From: an uncultured bacterium
GTDB taxonomy: Bacteria; Patescibacteriota; Minisyncoccia; Moranbacterales; GWC2-37-73
Length of the DNA stretch: 64,000 nucleotides
Direction of reading: 5' to 3'
Assembly: GCA_903837175.1 (NCBI GenBank)
Contig: CAILTR010000055.1
Span: 819-64,818, forward strand
Both the position numbers and the translations under genes were made by a program. Under the pieces are notes generated by a model. The model saw only the letters and a program-made list of their open reading frames with translations. It was not told the DNA's origin and searched no databases. Position 1 is the first letter of the stretch. Each line of letters starts with the position of its first letter. Positions 55,176 to 64,000 of this stretch are shown piece after piece.

Positions 55176-56858
55176 ATGCAAAACTATTTTCAACAACTCG
55201 CTAAGCAGTTTTCTAAAAATCCAACTAAGGCTTATTTGCTTTTAGCTAATTTTATTTTGACGATTTTTGCAATTTGGTTTGCTAATCTTGGATTGTTGCC
55301 TTTCCAGAAGCTAGGAGATTTTATTTTCTTTATTGTTTTAGTTTTAGTTTTTGCGCTCTATCGTCCAGGCTGGGCCTTTGTGCTCTTTATTGGGGCTCTT
55401 GCCTTAGAAAATGTTAATTTAGCGCCAACTTCAATTGGTCTTACCTTGAAGCCCTATCAATTGCTGGGCGCTTTAACTTTGCTTAGTCTTTTTGTGCGTC
55501 AATTAATCGGTCGACAGGTTATAACTCTCCCGAAATTTAGTTGGGCAGACGTGCTCCCACTTCTTTTCGGGTTAGGCGGTTTTTTGAGCGCTTTGGGCGG
55601 AATGGAAAGAGGCTTAAATTTAAAACAGGCCATAATTGCAACTTCTTTCGTCGCGCTTTATTTTTTAGTGCGGATTTATGTGCAATCACTTGCTGAGCTT
55701 AAAAGAATAATACCTTTTTTCCTAAGTAGTGGTTTAATTGTCGCTTGCTACGCGATTTGGCAAAATTTGCATCCGACACTCGAAGTGATGCCAGGTAGGC
55801 CAAATAGCACTTTTACTGAGCCTGATTGGTTGGGAGTTTACCTCACTTTTCTTTTAGCTTCACTGCTTATTTGGCTTTTTTATATTTCTAAGAATTATAA
55901 AGAAAAAGAAAATCACTTAATTTTCAATTTTCAATTTTCAATTCTCAATCAATTTTTCAATGTCCACATTTTCAAAAAATTAGTTGTTTACATTTTTTTA
56001 TTGATTGTAGCTATTACATTAATATTGACTGTTTCTCGCAGTGCCTGGTTGGGCGCGCTGGTAGTTGTTTTGGCTTTTCTGAAACTTACTTTAATCTATG
56101 GTGAGGCTTCTTTGATTAATAATGAAACAAGTGGTTTTTGGTCAAACATTAGCTTAGCTATTAAAAAACCATGGCATTGGAAAAAGTTTTTTGCTGCGCT
56201 GGGTAGCTTAGTTTTAACTATTATTTTAAGTCTTGGAATTATTTATGTTTTTCAGCTAACTACTTTTCAGCTTGGTAGTCGCGCCCAGTCAACAGGCGGA
56301 CTTCAGAAAATAACTATTGCTTGCCAAGGCGGACTGGATGTTGCCGTGCCTGAAAAAATTAGTAATATTGAAGAGTTGGAACGTTATCATTGTCGACATA
56401 TTAATTTAGAAGAGATTGAGACCGAGAAAACAATTGGCAAGCTTATTTTTGAAGTTTATCGTCCAGATCCTAATGTTAATATTCGCGCCAAAATTTATGC
56501 TACAGTTTTTGAGCAAATTAAAAACCATCCAATTTTTGGCATTGGCTGGGGGAGTATTGGAAAAGTTTTGGGTCAGGATGCGCGCGGAACAGGATTTAAT
56601 GCTAGTAATATCTTCCTAGAAGTTTGGTTAGGTGCTGGGCTACTAGGCTTTTTAGCTTTTGTAGTTTTGCTGGTTTACTTGCTGGGGCTTAGCTATCTTA
56701 AGCTAGTTAAATCAGCTGCCAATGACGTTGCGAGCTTATTTGTTTTTCTTGGCCTGGTTGCTATCATCATCCCAAATCTATTTAACTCTGGAATTTTCCT
56801 TGGTTTCCTCTGGGTTTATCTCGCAATCGCCGTCAGCTTGTTGACGCTAAAGAAGTAA
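55176..56858 (+). CDS. O-antigen ligase/Wzy_C family membrane protein
   Basis: RPNSTFTEPDWLG, LTVSRSAWLG and HPIFGIGWG motifs; start reassigned to MQNYF; contains a translated repeat arm. Confidence 0.85.
   Translation: MQNYFQQLAKQFSKNPTKAYLLLANFILTIFAIWFANLGLLPFQKLGDFIFFIVLVLVFALYRPGWAFVLFIGALALENVNLAPTSIGLTLKPYQLLGALTLLSLFVRQLIGRQVITLPKFSWADVLPLLFGLGGFLSALGGMERGLNLKQAIIATSFVALYFLVRIYVQSLAELKRIIPFFLSSGLIVACYAIWQNLHPTLEVMPGRPNSTFTEPDWLGVYLTFLLASLLIWLFYISKNYKEKENHLIFNFQFSILNQFFNVHIFKKLVVYIFLLIVAITLILTVSRSAWLGALVVVLAFLKLTLIYGEASLINNETSGFWSNISLAIKKPWHWKKFFAALGSLVLTIILSLGIIYVFQLTTFQLGSRAQSTGGLQKITIACQGGLDVAVPEKISNIEELERYHCRHINLEEIETEKTIGKLIFEVYRPDPNVNIRAKIYATVFEQIKNHPIFGIGWGSIGKVLGQDARGTGFNASNIFLEVWLGAGLLGFLAFVVLLVYLLGLSYLKLVKSAANDVASLFVFLGLVAIIIPNLFNSGIFLGFLWVYLAIAVSLLTLKK
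55919..55976. repeat. 7-nt repeat arm (AATTTTC)n translated in frame
   Basis: aattttcaattttcaattttcaattctcaatcaatttttcaatgtccacattttcaaa = IFNFQFSILNQFFNVHIFK. Confidence 0.8.
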
Positions 56859-56859
56859 A

Positions 56860-58204
56860 ATGAAAAAAGTTATCGAGTCTGGAATTTATTTGTTGATTTT
56901 TTTACTGCCCTGGCAAACGAGGTGGATTATTGAGGCTGGGAAAATAAAGGGGGGAGCGAGCGAATATTTAACATATAGTCTTTACGGGGTTGATCTTTTA
57001 TTAATAGGGTTATTTTTTTTTAGCCTTGTTGTATTTTCATAAAAGTTTTTTCTTGGAGGCTAAGCCTCCAACTGGAGGCTTAGCCTCCAAGAAAACTTCC
57101 ATATATCCATTTATGGAAGTGAAACTCCTTGGAGTTTTTTTGTTGGTAACGTTGGTTTCAGTCTGCTTGGCGGAAAATAAAAATTTAGCGCTGCTTGCCG
57201 AGACTAGAATTTTTTTAGCTTTGATTTTAGCTTGGCTGATTTTAAATTTTACGCAACTTAAAAAACTTGCTATTTGGTTCCTCGCAAGTCTCTGGTTACC
57301 AACCCTCTTGGCTTTGGGCCAATTTTTTTCGCAGGCAACTTTTGCTAATAAATGGTTGGGACTTGCCCGACACGAGGCTGGTTTAGGCGGGTCAGCTGTG
57401 ATTGAAACTTTTTTAAATGGCGCTGTTTCTGGTAGGTGGCTACGAGCTTATGGTAGTTTTGATCACCCCAACATTTTGGGCGCGACCTTGGCGATTGGAC
57501 TTTTGGTTGTGCTAGCTCTTTCGCTAAGCTTAAAAAAAGTAGCAAGGCCTGATTATTTGAAATTATTTTTGCTCGCTAGCCTAGTACTTTTTTCGGCGGG
57601 ACTTTTTGTTAGCTTTAGTCGCAGCGCTTGGCTGGGACTGGCGCTTGGCCTTATTTTCATGAGCGCAACTTTATTTTTTCAAAAGAAGTTTGCTGATTTA
57701 AAAAAGTTGTCTTTGGGCGCTGTCATTATCGGCGTGGTATTTTTAATGCTAACCGTTAGCTACGGTAAACTTATTAGCGTTAGAGTTGAGGGCGGTACTC
57801 GATTAGAAAATCTTTCAACGGATCAGCGCGCAATTTATTGGAAGCAAGCTGAAACATTGATTTCGCAAAAGCCTATCATTGGAGTAGGTATTGGAAATTA
57901 TATTCCAACTCTTATAAAAATAGAACCAAATGAACCAGCTTGGGAATACCAGCCAGTACATAATGTTTTATTGCTGATTTGGGCTGAACTGGGAATTTTT
58001 GGGTTGCTGACTTTTCTTAGCTTGCTGTTAGTTTGGTTTTGGAAATATGGCCGAAAGTATGAATTGGTCGGTGCGCTTCTAATCGCGCTTTTGCCGATGT
58101 TGCTACTGGATCACTGGCTCTGGAGTTTCCACTACGGGGTTTTGTTTTTTGCCCTCGTGATCGTTTTGGCGACTGGCTTTTCTGGGGAAAAGAAGGTAAA
58201 GTAG
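56860..58204 (+). pseudogene. O-antigen ligase family gene split by a +1 frameshift in a T9 tract
   Basis: ORFs 56860-57042 and 57026-58204 join if T9 (57013-57021) is T8; RAYGSFDHPNILG, SFSRSAWLG and PVHN motifs. Confidence 0.8.
57048..57095. repeat. REP-like hairpin doublet inside coding sequence
   Basis: Perfect 23-bp IR TTTTCTTGGAGGCTAAGCCTCCA-ac-TGGAGGCTTAGCCTCCAAGAAAA; encodes LEAKPPTGGLASK. Confidence 0.9.
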
Positions 58205-58251
58205 AGATAGAGATAGGTTTGTGTTGTTTCCAGAGATTATTGCAAGAGGCC

Positions 58252-58383
58252 CACAAATCTACAAATTAGCTGCCTGCCTCGTCGGCAGACGGGCAAATTT
58301 ACAAAGAGAAAGAAAGTTGGTGTAATTTTTTCTGTGTATATATTCGTAGATTCGTATTTAATTCGTAGTTTCGTATCGTTTAT
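58252..58383. repeat. Inverted ~8-nt repeat element (TACAAAT / ATTCGTA) with nested CCTGCC hairpin
   Basis: cacaaatctacaaatt...caaatttacaaa versus attcgtagattcgtatttaattcgtagtttcgta, ending just before the ATG. Confidence 0.65.
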
Positions 58384-59523
58384 ATGAAAATTGGTATCGA
58401 CATCAGATTAATAGGTAAAAAGCGAACCGGTGATGAAGTGGTGTTTTTCAATTTGGTGAAAAATTTGGCCCGGATTAACCCTGAGCATAATTTTGAATTG
58501 TTTACGGATATTGTTGATAAAGAAATATTGCAAGAAATCAGCCAGGATCTGGGAATTGAAGGAAAAAATAATTTTAAAATTATTTCTTTGCCAACCAAAA
58601 ATAAATTCAGCTGGAATTTTTGGACTTTGCCAAAGTATCTTAAAACTAATCCTGTCGATACTTATTTAACGCAGTATATTACGCCGTTCTTTGTCCCGCG
58701 TTCGGTTAAAATTGTTACAATTATCCATGATATCTCATTTAACTTTTTTCCGCAGTTTATTAAGTTTTCTGATTTAATCTTCTTAAAAACCCTGATTCCG
58801 CTGAGCTTAAGGCGCGCGGATAAAGTTATTGGCGTCTCTAAATTTACTAGAGCTGAAATAATTAAATTTTATAAGGTTGGCCCCGAAAAAGTCGATTACA
58901 TCTATGATGCCATCAGCGATGACTTCTTGAAAGGTGAAGTTTCTCTTGAGGAAAAGGAGAGGGTGAAAAAAAAGTATAAACTTCCAGAAAAATTCATCTT
59001 ATATCTTGGAACCTTGCAACCTCGCAAAAATATCCCGCACCTAATTGAAGCGTTCGCTCGTATTAAGGACAGACTTGAGAATGTGAAGCTGGTCGTTTGT
59101 GGAGATTTGAAAGCGCACAATTGCGACTCAGCGATTGAAAGAAACGTGGTTGTTGATAATTTGGAAAATGATGTTTTGTTTCCTGGCTTTATTGATGAAA
59201 AAGACAAAGTGGTTGTTTTCGCTCAAGCCAGGGTCTTCGTTTTTCCTTCACTATATGAAGGTTTTGGCATTCCTCCCCTGGAGGCGATGAGCCAGGGCGT
59301 GCCAGTCTTAGCTGCTGATATTCCAAGCTTGAGAGAAATAGTGGGCGACGGGGCGCTGTACGTAGATCCTAATAAGGTTGAAGATTTTGCTGAAATGCTT
59401 TATAATCTTGATAAAGACGAAGAGTTGAGACGTAGGCTAATTCAATCAGGAAAGGCGAGAATTAGCTTTTTTTCTTGGGAAAAGTCAGCTAGGCAGCTAC
59501 TTGCCATTTTCGAAAAAATGTAG
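58384..59523 (+). CDS. Glycosyltransferase family 4 (MtfB-like)
   Basis: MKIGIDIR, IHDIS and FPSLYEGFGIPPLEAM motifs. Confidence 0.92.
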   Translation: MKIGIDIRLIGKKRTGDEVVFFNLVKNLARINPEHNFELFTDIVDKEILQEISQDLGIEGKNNFKIISLPTKNKFSWNFWTLPKYLKTNPVDTYLTQYITPFFVPRSVKIVTIIHDISFNFFPQFIKFSDLIFLKTLIPLSLRRADKVIGVSKFTRAEIIKFYKVGPEKVDYIYDAISDDFLKGEVSLEEKERVKKKYKLPEKFILYLGTLQPRKNIPHLIEAFARIKDRLENVKLVVCGDLKAHNCDSAIERNVVVDNLENDVLFPGFIDEKDKVVVFAQARVFVFPSLYEGFGIPPLEAMSQGVPVLAADIPSLREIVGDGALYVDPNKVEDFAEMLYNLDKDEELRRRLIQSGKARISFFSWEKSARQLLAIFEKM

Positions 59524-59567
59524 TACAATAGACGAATTAGTTTTAATTTATATAAAAATGTTATTTT

Positions 59568-60794
59568 ATGGAAAAAGAGCGAAATTTAAGAGGCAATGCT
59601 AAAGGTGGCTTTAAGCAGCTCATCCAAAAAAGATGGGTTAAAATAGCTTTGATTGTCTTGGCGGTTTTTTTAGTTATTGGCGGGCTGCTCAGCTGGCGAG
59701 CCGGAAGCTTACTAAATAAAATATCTTCGAATGGTAATATCTTGGGATCTTTAGGTCACATGGTTCCAGGTCTGTCAGAACAACTAAAGGGCGAGAAAGA
59801 GGGCCGCGTGAACGTGCTACTTTTGGGTATGCGTGGGGCGGATGATCCAGCGGGTGGAAATTTGGCTGATAGTATTATGGTGGTAAGCGTTTTCCCAAAG
59901 GAAAATAAAGTGTCGATGATTTCAGTCCCGCGTGATCTGTATGTCCAAGATATCCAGCAAGATAGTAAAAGTAAGATAAACGCAATTTACGCTCAAGGTG
60001 AATCAACGGGTAAGGGTCAAGGCCTTAAAGATATGGAGAAAAAGATTAGCGAAATTTCTGGGGTAGAAATAAATTATGGAATTGTCATTAATCATCAAGG
60101 TTTTAAGGATTTAGTTAATGCGCTTGGTGGAGTTGAAATTACTTTGGAACAACCATTTTCTGAATCGGTCCAGTTTAATCAAGAAGGGGTTTGTGATGGT
60201 GTTGTTTTTACGGTACCAACTGGAAGATGGGAAAATAAAATCTTTAAGCATCATGCAACTAATGCAGCTGGAGTAAGTGTGGAAGTTAAAGTAAAGAAGC
60301 CGGTTTATCCCTTATGTTTAAATAAAAATCCAGAGTGTGGCGGAAATTTTAAATTACCAGCTGGAACACAAACAATTAATGGCGACCAGGCACTTTGTTT
60401 TGCTCGCTCACGTGACCAGAGTAGTGACTTTGAACGAGCTAAACGTCAACAAATCATTATCCAACAAATTAAAGCCAAGGCACTTTCAATTGGAACTTTG
60501 ACCGATTTTAATAAAATCAACGGCATGATTAATGCTTTAGGTAATAATGTCTCGACTGATTTGCAAGGCTGGGAAATTCAGCGCCTCTATGATATGGAAC
60601 GAAGTTTAAAGGAACCTCAGGTCTTTCAGCGAGTTTTAGAAAACTCTGAAGAGGGTTTATTGTATGCACCAGAGCCTACCAAGGAGTCAGGCTATATTCT
60701 ACTCCCAATCGGTGAAAACTACGATAAAATTCAAAATTTGTTTAAAAATATTTTTACCCTTCCAGCGCAGTCTGATATTAAGCCAAAAAATTAG
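59568..60794 (+). CDS. LCP (LytR-CpsA-Psr) family protein
   Basis: NVLLLG, DSIMV, SVPRDL, KINA and ARSR..SDFERAKRQQ motifs. Confidence 0.92.
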   Translation: MEKERNLRGNAKGGFKQLIQKRWVKIALIVLAVFLVIGGLLSWRAGSLLNKISSNGNILGSLGHMVPGLSEQLKGEKEGRVNVLLLGMRGADDPAGGNLADSIMVVSVFPKENKVSMISVPRDLYVQDIQQDSKSKINAIYAQGESTGKGQGLKDMEKKISEISGVEINYGIVINHQGFKDLVNALGGVEITLEQPFSESVQFNQEGVCDGVVFTVPTGRWENKIFKHHATNAAGVSVEVKVKKPVYPLCLNKNPECGGNFKLPAGTQTINGDQALCFARSRDQSSDFERAKRQQIIIQQIKAKALSIGTLTDFNKINGMINALGNNVSTDLQGWEIQRLYDMERSLKEPQVFQRVLENSEEGLLYAPEPTKESGYILLPIGENYDKIQNLFKNIFTLPAQSDIKPKN

Positions 60795-60814
60795 TTTTTT
60801 CAAAAAAATTCTGC

Positions 60815-61621
60815 ATGGAATTATCAATCATTGTCACAAATTATCGTAATCCAAGTTTATTAAAAATTTGCTTGGATTCTGTTTTAAAGTATGCTAATGA
60901 AATAGCGTATGAGTTAATTGTGGTTGATGGCGAAACTCAAGAAGATACAGAGATGATGATGCGTGAGGATTACCCGGCGGTGAAGTTTTTTCCATTTCAG
61001 GAAAATGTTGGTTTCCAAGCTTTGATTAAAAAAGGAATTGAGGAAAGCATGGGTAAATACCTCTTGATTTTAAACGGGGATATTATTGTAACTCCAGATT
61101 CAATCGGGAAAATGTTAGCGCGAATTAAAGAGGATGAGAAAGTTGGGATGCTGGGACCAAAATTACTGAGTTTTGATGGAACTCTCCAGTATTCCTGTTT
61201 TCGTTTTTATCACTTAATCACGATAATTTATCGCCGAACTTTTTTGGGTCGTTTTGCTTTTGCTAAAAAGCATCTGGATTGGTTTTTAATGAAAGATTAC
61301 GACCATAACACTGAAAAAAATGTAGATTGGCTGATGGGTAGCGCACTGATTTTAACGCGTCAGGCCGTTGAAAAAGTTGGCCTGATGGATCCTGGCTATT
61401 TTATGTATATGGAAGACGTGGATTGGTGTCGTCGTTTCTGGGAAAATGGTTATCGCGTCGTCTATTACCCGCTAGCGGTTATGCATCATTATCATGGGAA
61501 GGCGAGTGCTAAAGGTGGTGTCATTAGGTCCCTTTTACTTAATAAGTTAACTTGGGTGCATATTTTTAGCGCAGTCAGATATTTCAAAAAGTATTGGAAT
61601 AAGCCAGTTCCCAAATATTAA
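60815..61621 (+). CDS. GT2 (WbbL/rhamnosyltransferase-like)
   Basis: LSIIVTNY, LNGDI, DWLMGS and YFMYMEDVDWC motifs. Confidence 0.9.
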   Translation: MELSIIVTNYRNPSLLKICLDSVLKYANEIAYELIVVDGETQEDTEMMMREDYPAVKFFPFQENVGFQALIKKGIEESMGKYLLILNGDIIVTPDSIGKMLARIKEDEKVGMLGPKLLSFDGTLQYSCFRFYHLITIIYRRTFLGRFAFAKKHLDWFLMKDYDHNTEKNVDWLMGSALILTRQAVEKVGLMDPGYFMYMEDVDWCRRFWENGYRVVYYPLAVMHHYHGKASAKGGVIRSLLLNKLTWVHIFSAVRYFKKYWNKPVPKY

Positions 61622-61643
61622 TAAGCTGAAAAATAATAACGCT

Positions 61644-62942
61644 ATGGAAGAAAACCAAATTGAGGAGAAAAAAGTAGAAAGAAAAAATAGAATAAGCAAA
61701 CTCTTAAGTAAAATAACTAAGCGCCAGGTAAATGTTGTCGTGATTATTTTAATGCTTCTTTGCTTTTTTTGGCTAGGTTATCAGCGAGGCAAGCAGGTTA
61801 ATCAGGTAGCTAATGTGCCTATTAAAATGGGCGATGTGGTATTTAAAAATGAAATTAGTAACGCAGATAATACAGTAGACTTCGCTCTTTTTTGGAACGT
61901 TTGGGGGCTTTTGAAGGATAAATATGTAGATTCAGCTAAATTGGATGCTCGGAAACTTCTATATGGTGCTATTCGCGGGATGATGCAAGCTACTGGCGAT
62001 CCTTACACAACTTTTTTTGACCCAGAAGAAAACAAGAAATTTAATGAAGAAATTTCTGGGAACTTCGAGGGGATTGGGGCAGAGTTGGGGGTAAAGAATG
62101 GAATCTTGACAGTTATCGCGCCACTACAAGGAACGCCAGCTGATCAAGCTGGGCTGCGAGCGGGGGATAAAATTATTAAAATTGATGGAAAAACTTCTGG
62201 CGATATGAGTATTGAGGATGCGGTTAGCCATATTCGAGGGCCTAAAGATACGGCAGTAGTCTTGACTATATTTAGAGATGGTAGCAAAGATACGCAGGAA
62301 ATATCTATCACGAGAAATATAATTAATGTGAAAAGCGTGAAGCTTACCTTTAAGGAAAATAACATTGCCGATATTGAAATTACAAAGTTTGGAGACGATA
62401 CAGATAGTGGTTTTTCTCAGGCAATTGCTAAAGTTGGGGCTAGCCAAACGAAAGGATTGATTATCGATTTGCGTAATAATCCCGGTGGTTATTTAGACGC
62501 AGCTGTAACTATTGCAAGTAAGTTGTTGCCAAAGGGCAAGATTGTGGTTATTGAAGAAGATGCCAATAAGAAACAGGATAAAATGTACACACGTGGGGGA
62601 GATGTTGCTAGTGAACTTGAGACAGTGGTGCTGATAAATGAAGGAAGCGCCAGCGCTTCAGAAATTCTGGCTGGCGCGCTGAAAGAAAATCGAACCAATG
62701 TAACCCTAATTGGAAAGAAATCTTTTGGGAAAGGTTCAGTGCAAGAATTTATTAAAACTGCCCAAGGAACGGCTGCAAAAATAACTGTAGCGCACTGGCT
62801 GACGCCAAATGGTAACCAAATAAATGAACTTGGAATTAAGCCTGATCTTGAAATTGAGCTAACTAACGACGACTATCTTAAAAATCGCGATCCTCAAATG
62901 GACGCTGCGATTAAAAAGATTCAAGAGAAAATTGGTAAGTAA
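61644..62942 (+). CDS. ctpA: C-terminal processing peptidase (S41, PDZ)
   Basis: GDPYT, FEGIGAEL, DLRNNPGG, SASASEILAGAL and FGKGSVQ motifs. Confidence 0.93.
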   Translation: MEENQIEEKKVERKNRISKLLSKITKRQVNVVVIILMLLCFFWLGYQRGKQVNQVANVPIKMGDVVFKNEISNADNTVDFALFWNVWGLLKDKYVDSAKLDARKLLYGAIRGMMQATGDPYTTFFDPEENKKFNEEISGNFEGIGAELGVKNGILTVIAPLQGTPADQAGLRAGDKIIKIDGKTSGDMSIEDAVSHIRGPKDTAVVLTIFRDGSKDTQEISITRNIINVKSVKLTFKENNIADIEITKFGDDTDSGFSQAIAKVGASQTKGLIIDLRNNPGGYLDAAVTIASKLLPKGKIVVIEEDANKKQDKMYTRGGDVASELETVVLINEGSASASEILAGALKENRTNVTLIGKKSFGKGSVQEFIKTAQGTAAKITVAHWLTPNGNQINELGIKPDLEIELTNDDYLKNRDPQMDAAIKKIQEKIGK

Positions 62943-62952
62943 GGTAACTCTT

Positions 62953-62983
62953 AAAAAACACCGTCAATGTCGACGGTGTTTTT
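62953..62983. terminator. Bidirectional terminator
   Basis: AAAAACACCGTC-aatgtc-GACGGTGTTTTT between convergent genes. Confidence 0.8.
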
Positions 62984-63039
62984 CTTAATGCAGTTTAAAT
63001 TGGAATTTTATGCTATGCTGGATTAAATTAATTATTGTG

Positions 63040-63867
63040 TTATTTAACTAATTCAAATCCTTTTTTCTGCCAAGTATCAATTCCACCTTTGAGGACAAAA
63101 GGTTGAATAAGAATCATATCATAAAGTTGCACGGAGGCTTGAAATTCTTGAAGTTCATTAATCCCAACAACGACAACTTTCGGGAAAGGTTGAATTTCAC
63201 TGCGTCTTTTTTCTAAATCATCAAACGGTACATTCAACGCCCCCTTAAGGTGGCCGCTAGCATATTCGGCTGGCGTGCGAACATCTAAAATAAAAGTAGC
63301 AACCTCTTGCTTTAAGGCTTCATTTAATTTATCCGCTTCAACGTAGGAAACCTTGGCTTGATCGGTAAAAGATTTTGGATCACCAAAATTAATAGTAGCT
63401 CCGATATTTTTTTTCCAAGCTTCCATTCCGCCAGCCAGGACGCGAACGCTTGTGAGATGCTCATCGCTGAGGGACTTTATGGCTGTTTCAACGCTGGCCT
63501 TATCTTCTTCCGCTAGGTCCGTGGTAATAATCACCACTGGGTTCAGGGCGTTTATTTTTGAGCCAACAGGAAAGTCAGCAAGGGGAACATTAACTGAATC
63601 AAGGATATGCTCAACCGCGTAATTTTCAAACGGCCGGATATCTAAAAGGGTCAGCTTGTTTCCAGTACTGAGTTCTTTTTGAAGTTGAATAGAGCTTATG
63701 GTTTGGTATTTTTCTCCAGGGATAAGACTAATTTGATTTTCACTGGAGTTAATTTTGTTTTCTTTTTTAGCTGAAAAAAGACTACCCCGCAAAATTGTAA
63801 TTAATATTACTAGGATAATAAGTCCAAAACCAACGAAGAGTACTTTAAGGTCTTTTTGTTTTTTCAT
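63040..63867 (-). CDS. Membrane-anchored tandem rhodanese-domain protein
   Basis: LDIR..Y..HI and LDVRTPAEYASGHLKGA...LKGGIDTW motifs; start reassigned to MKKQK. Confidence 0.85.
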   Translation of the reverse strand: MKKQKDLKVLFVGFGLIILVILITILRGSLFSAKKENKINSSENQISLIPGEKYQTISSIQLQKELSTGNKLTLLDIRPFENYAVEHILDSVNVPLADFPVGSKINALNPVVIITTDLAEEDKASVETAIKSLSDEHLTSVRVLAGGMEAWKKNIGATINFGDPKSFTDQAKVSYVEADKLNEALKQEVATFILDVRTPAEYASGHLKGALNVPFDDLEKRRSEIQPFPKVVVVGINELQEFQASVQLYDMILIQPFVLKGGIDTWQKKGFELVK

Positions 63868-64000
63868 TTTTTTAAAATTAATTAACAAATCAAAGCTATT
63901 TTTAAAATAAGATGCTACCAATAAATTTAGGATGACCATTAATAAAGGAGCGGATGTCCGTAGCTTTCTTGCCTTCTTTTTGTAATTCTTTAAGTAAAAT

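Noticed and set aside
77-62698. Numerous short antisense or alternate-frame ORFs (e.g. 1851-2168, 21306-21692, 25092-25496, 41540-41956, 23513-23809)
   Set aside because: They are shadows of well-supported genes or repeats, with no recognisable motifs.

Overview
AT-rich bacterial chromosomal window using the standard genetic code. Gene content and style suggest Patescibacteria/CPR (Parcubacteria-like); this is an inference. From left to right it holds two C-terminally anchored surface proteins sharing a duplicated domain, a metallophosphoesterase, a MEMO/LigB-fold protein, a YhcG/DUF1016 nuclease with a RhuM remnant, RNase HI, and a MacAB-type ABC operon. A ~45 kb cell-envelope glycosylation region follows (GT2, GT4, many GT-C membrane proteins, GalE, two nucleotide-sugar dehydrogenases, Wzx, two O-antigen-ligase-like genes, LCP, GH28). 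It is interrupted by a type II R-M cassette whose C5 methyltransferase is fused to a complete LexA. CtpA and a rhodanese protein end the window. No rRNA, tRNA, CRISPR, reverse transcriptase or transposase was seen. The most striking unexplained structure is a dispersed system of intergenic elements built from inverted arrays of degenerate 7-, 8- or 9-nt tandem repeats. They typically fill the space from one gene's stop codon to the next gene's ATG. Some enclose a four-helix-bundle (IVP/Avd-like) gene in intact, nonsense-mutated or remnant form, one encloses other cargo, and others are empty or single-armed; one arm is translated inside a protein. Several GC-rich palindrome families are superimposed, two of them inserted in frame within genes.
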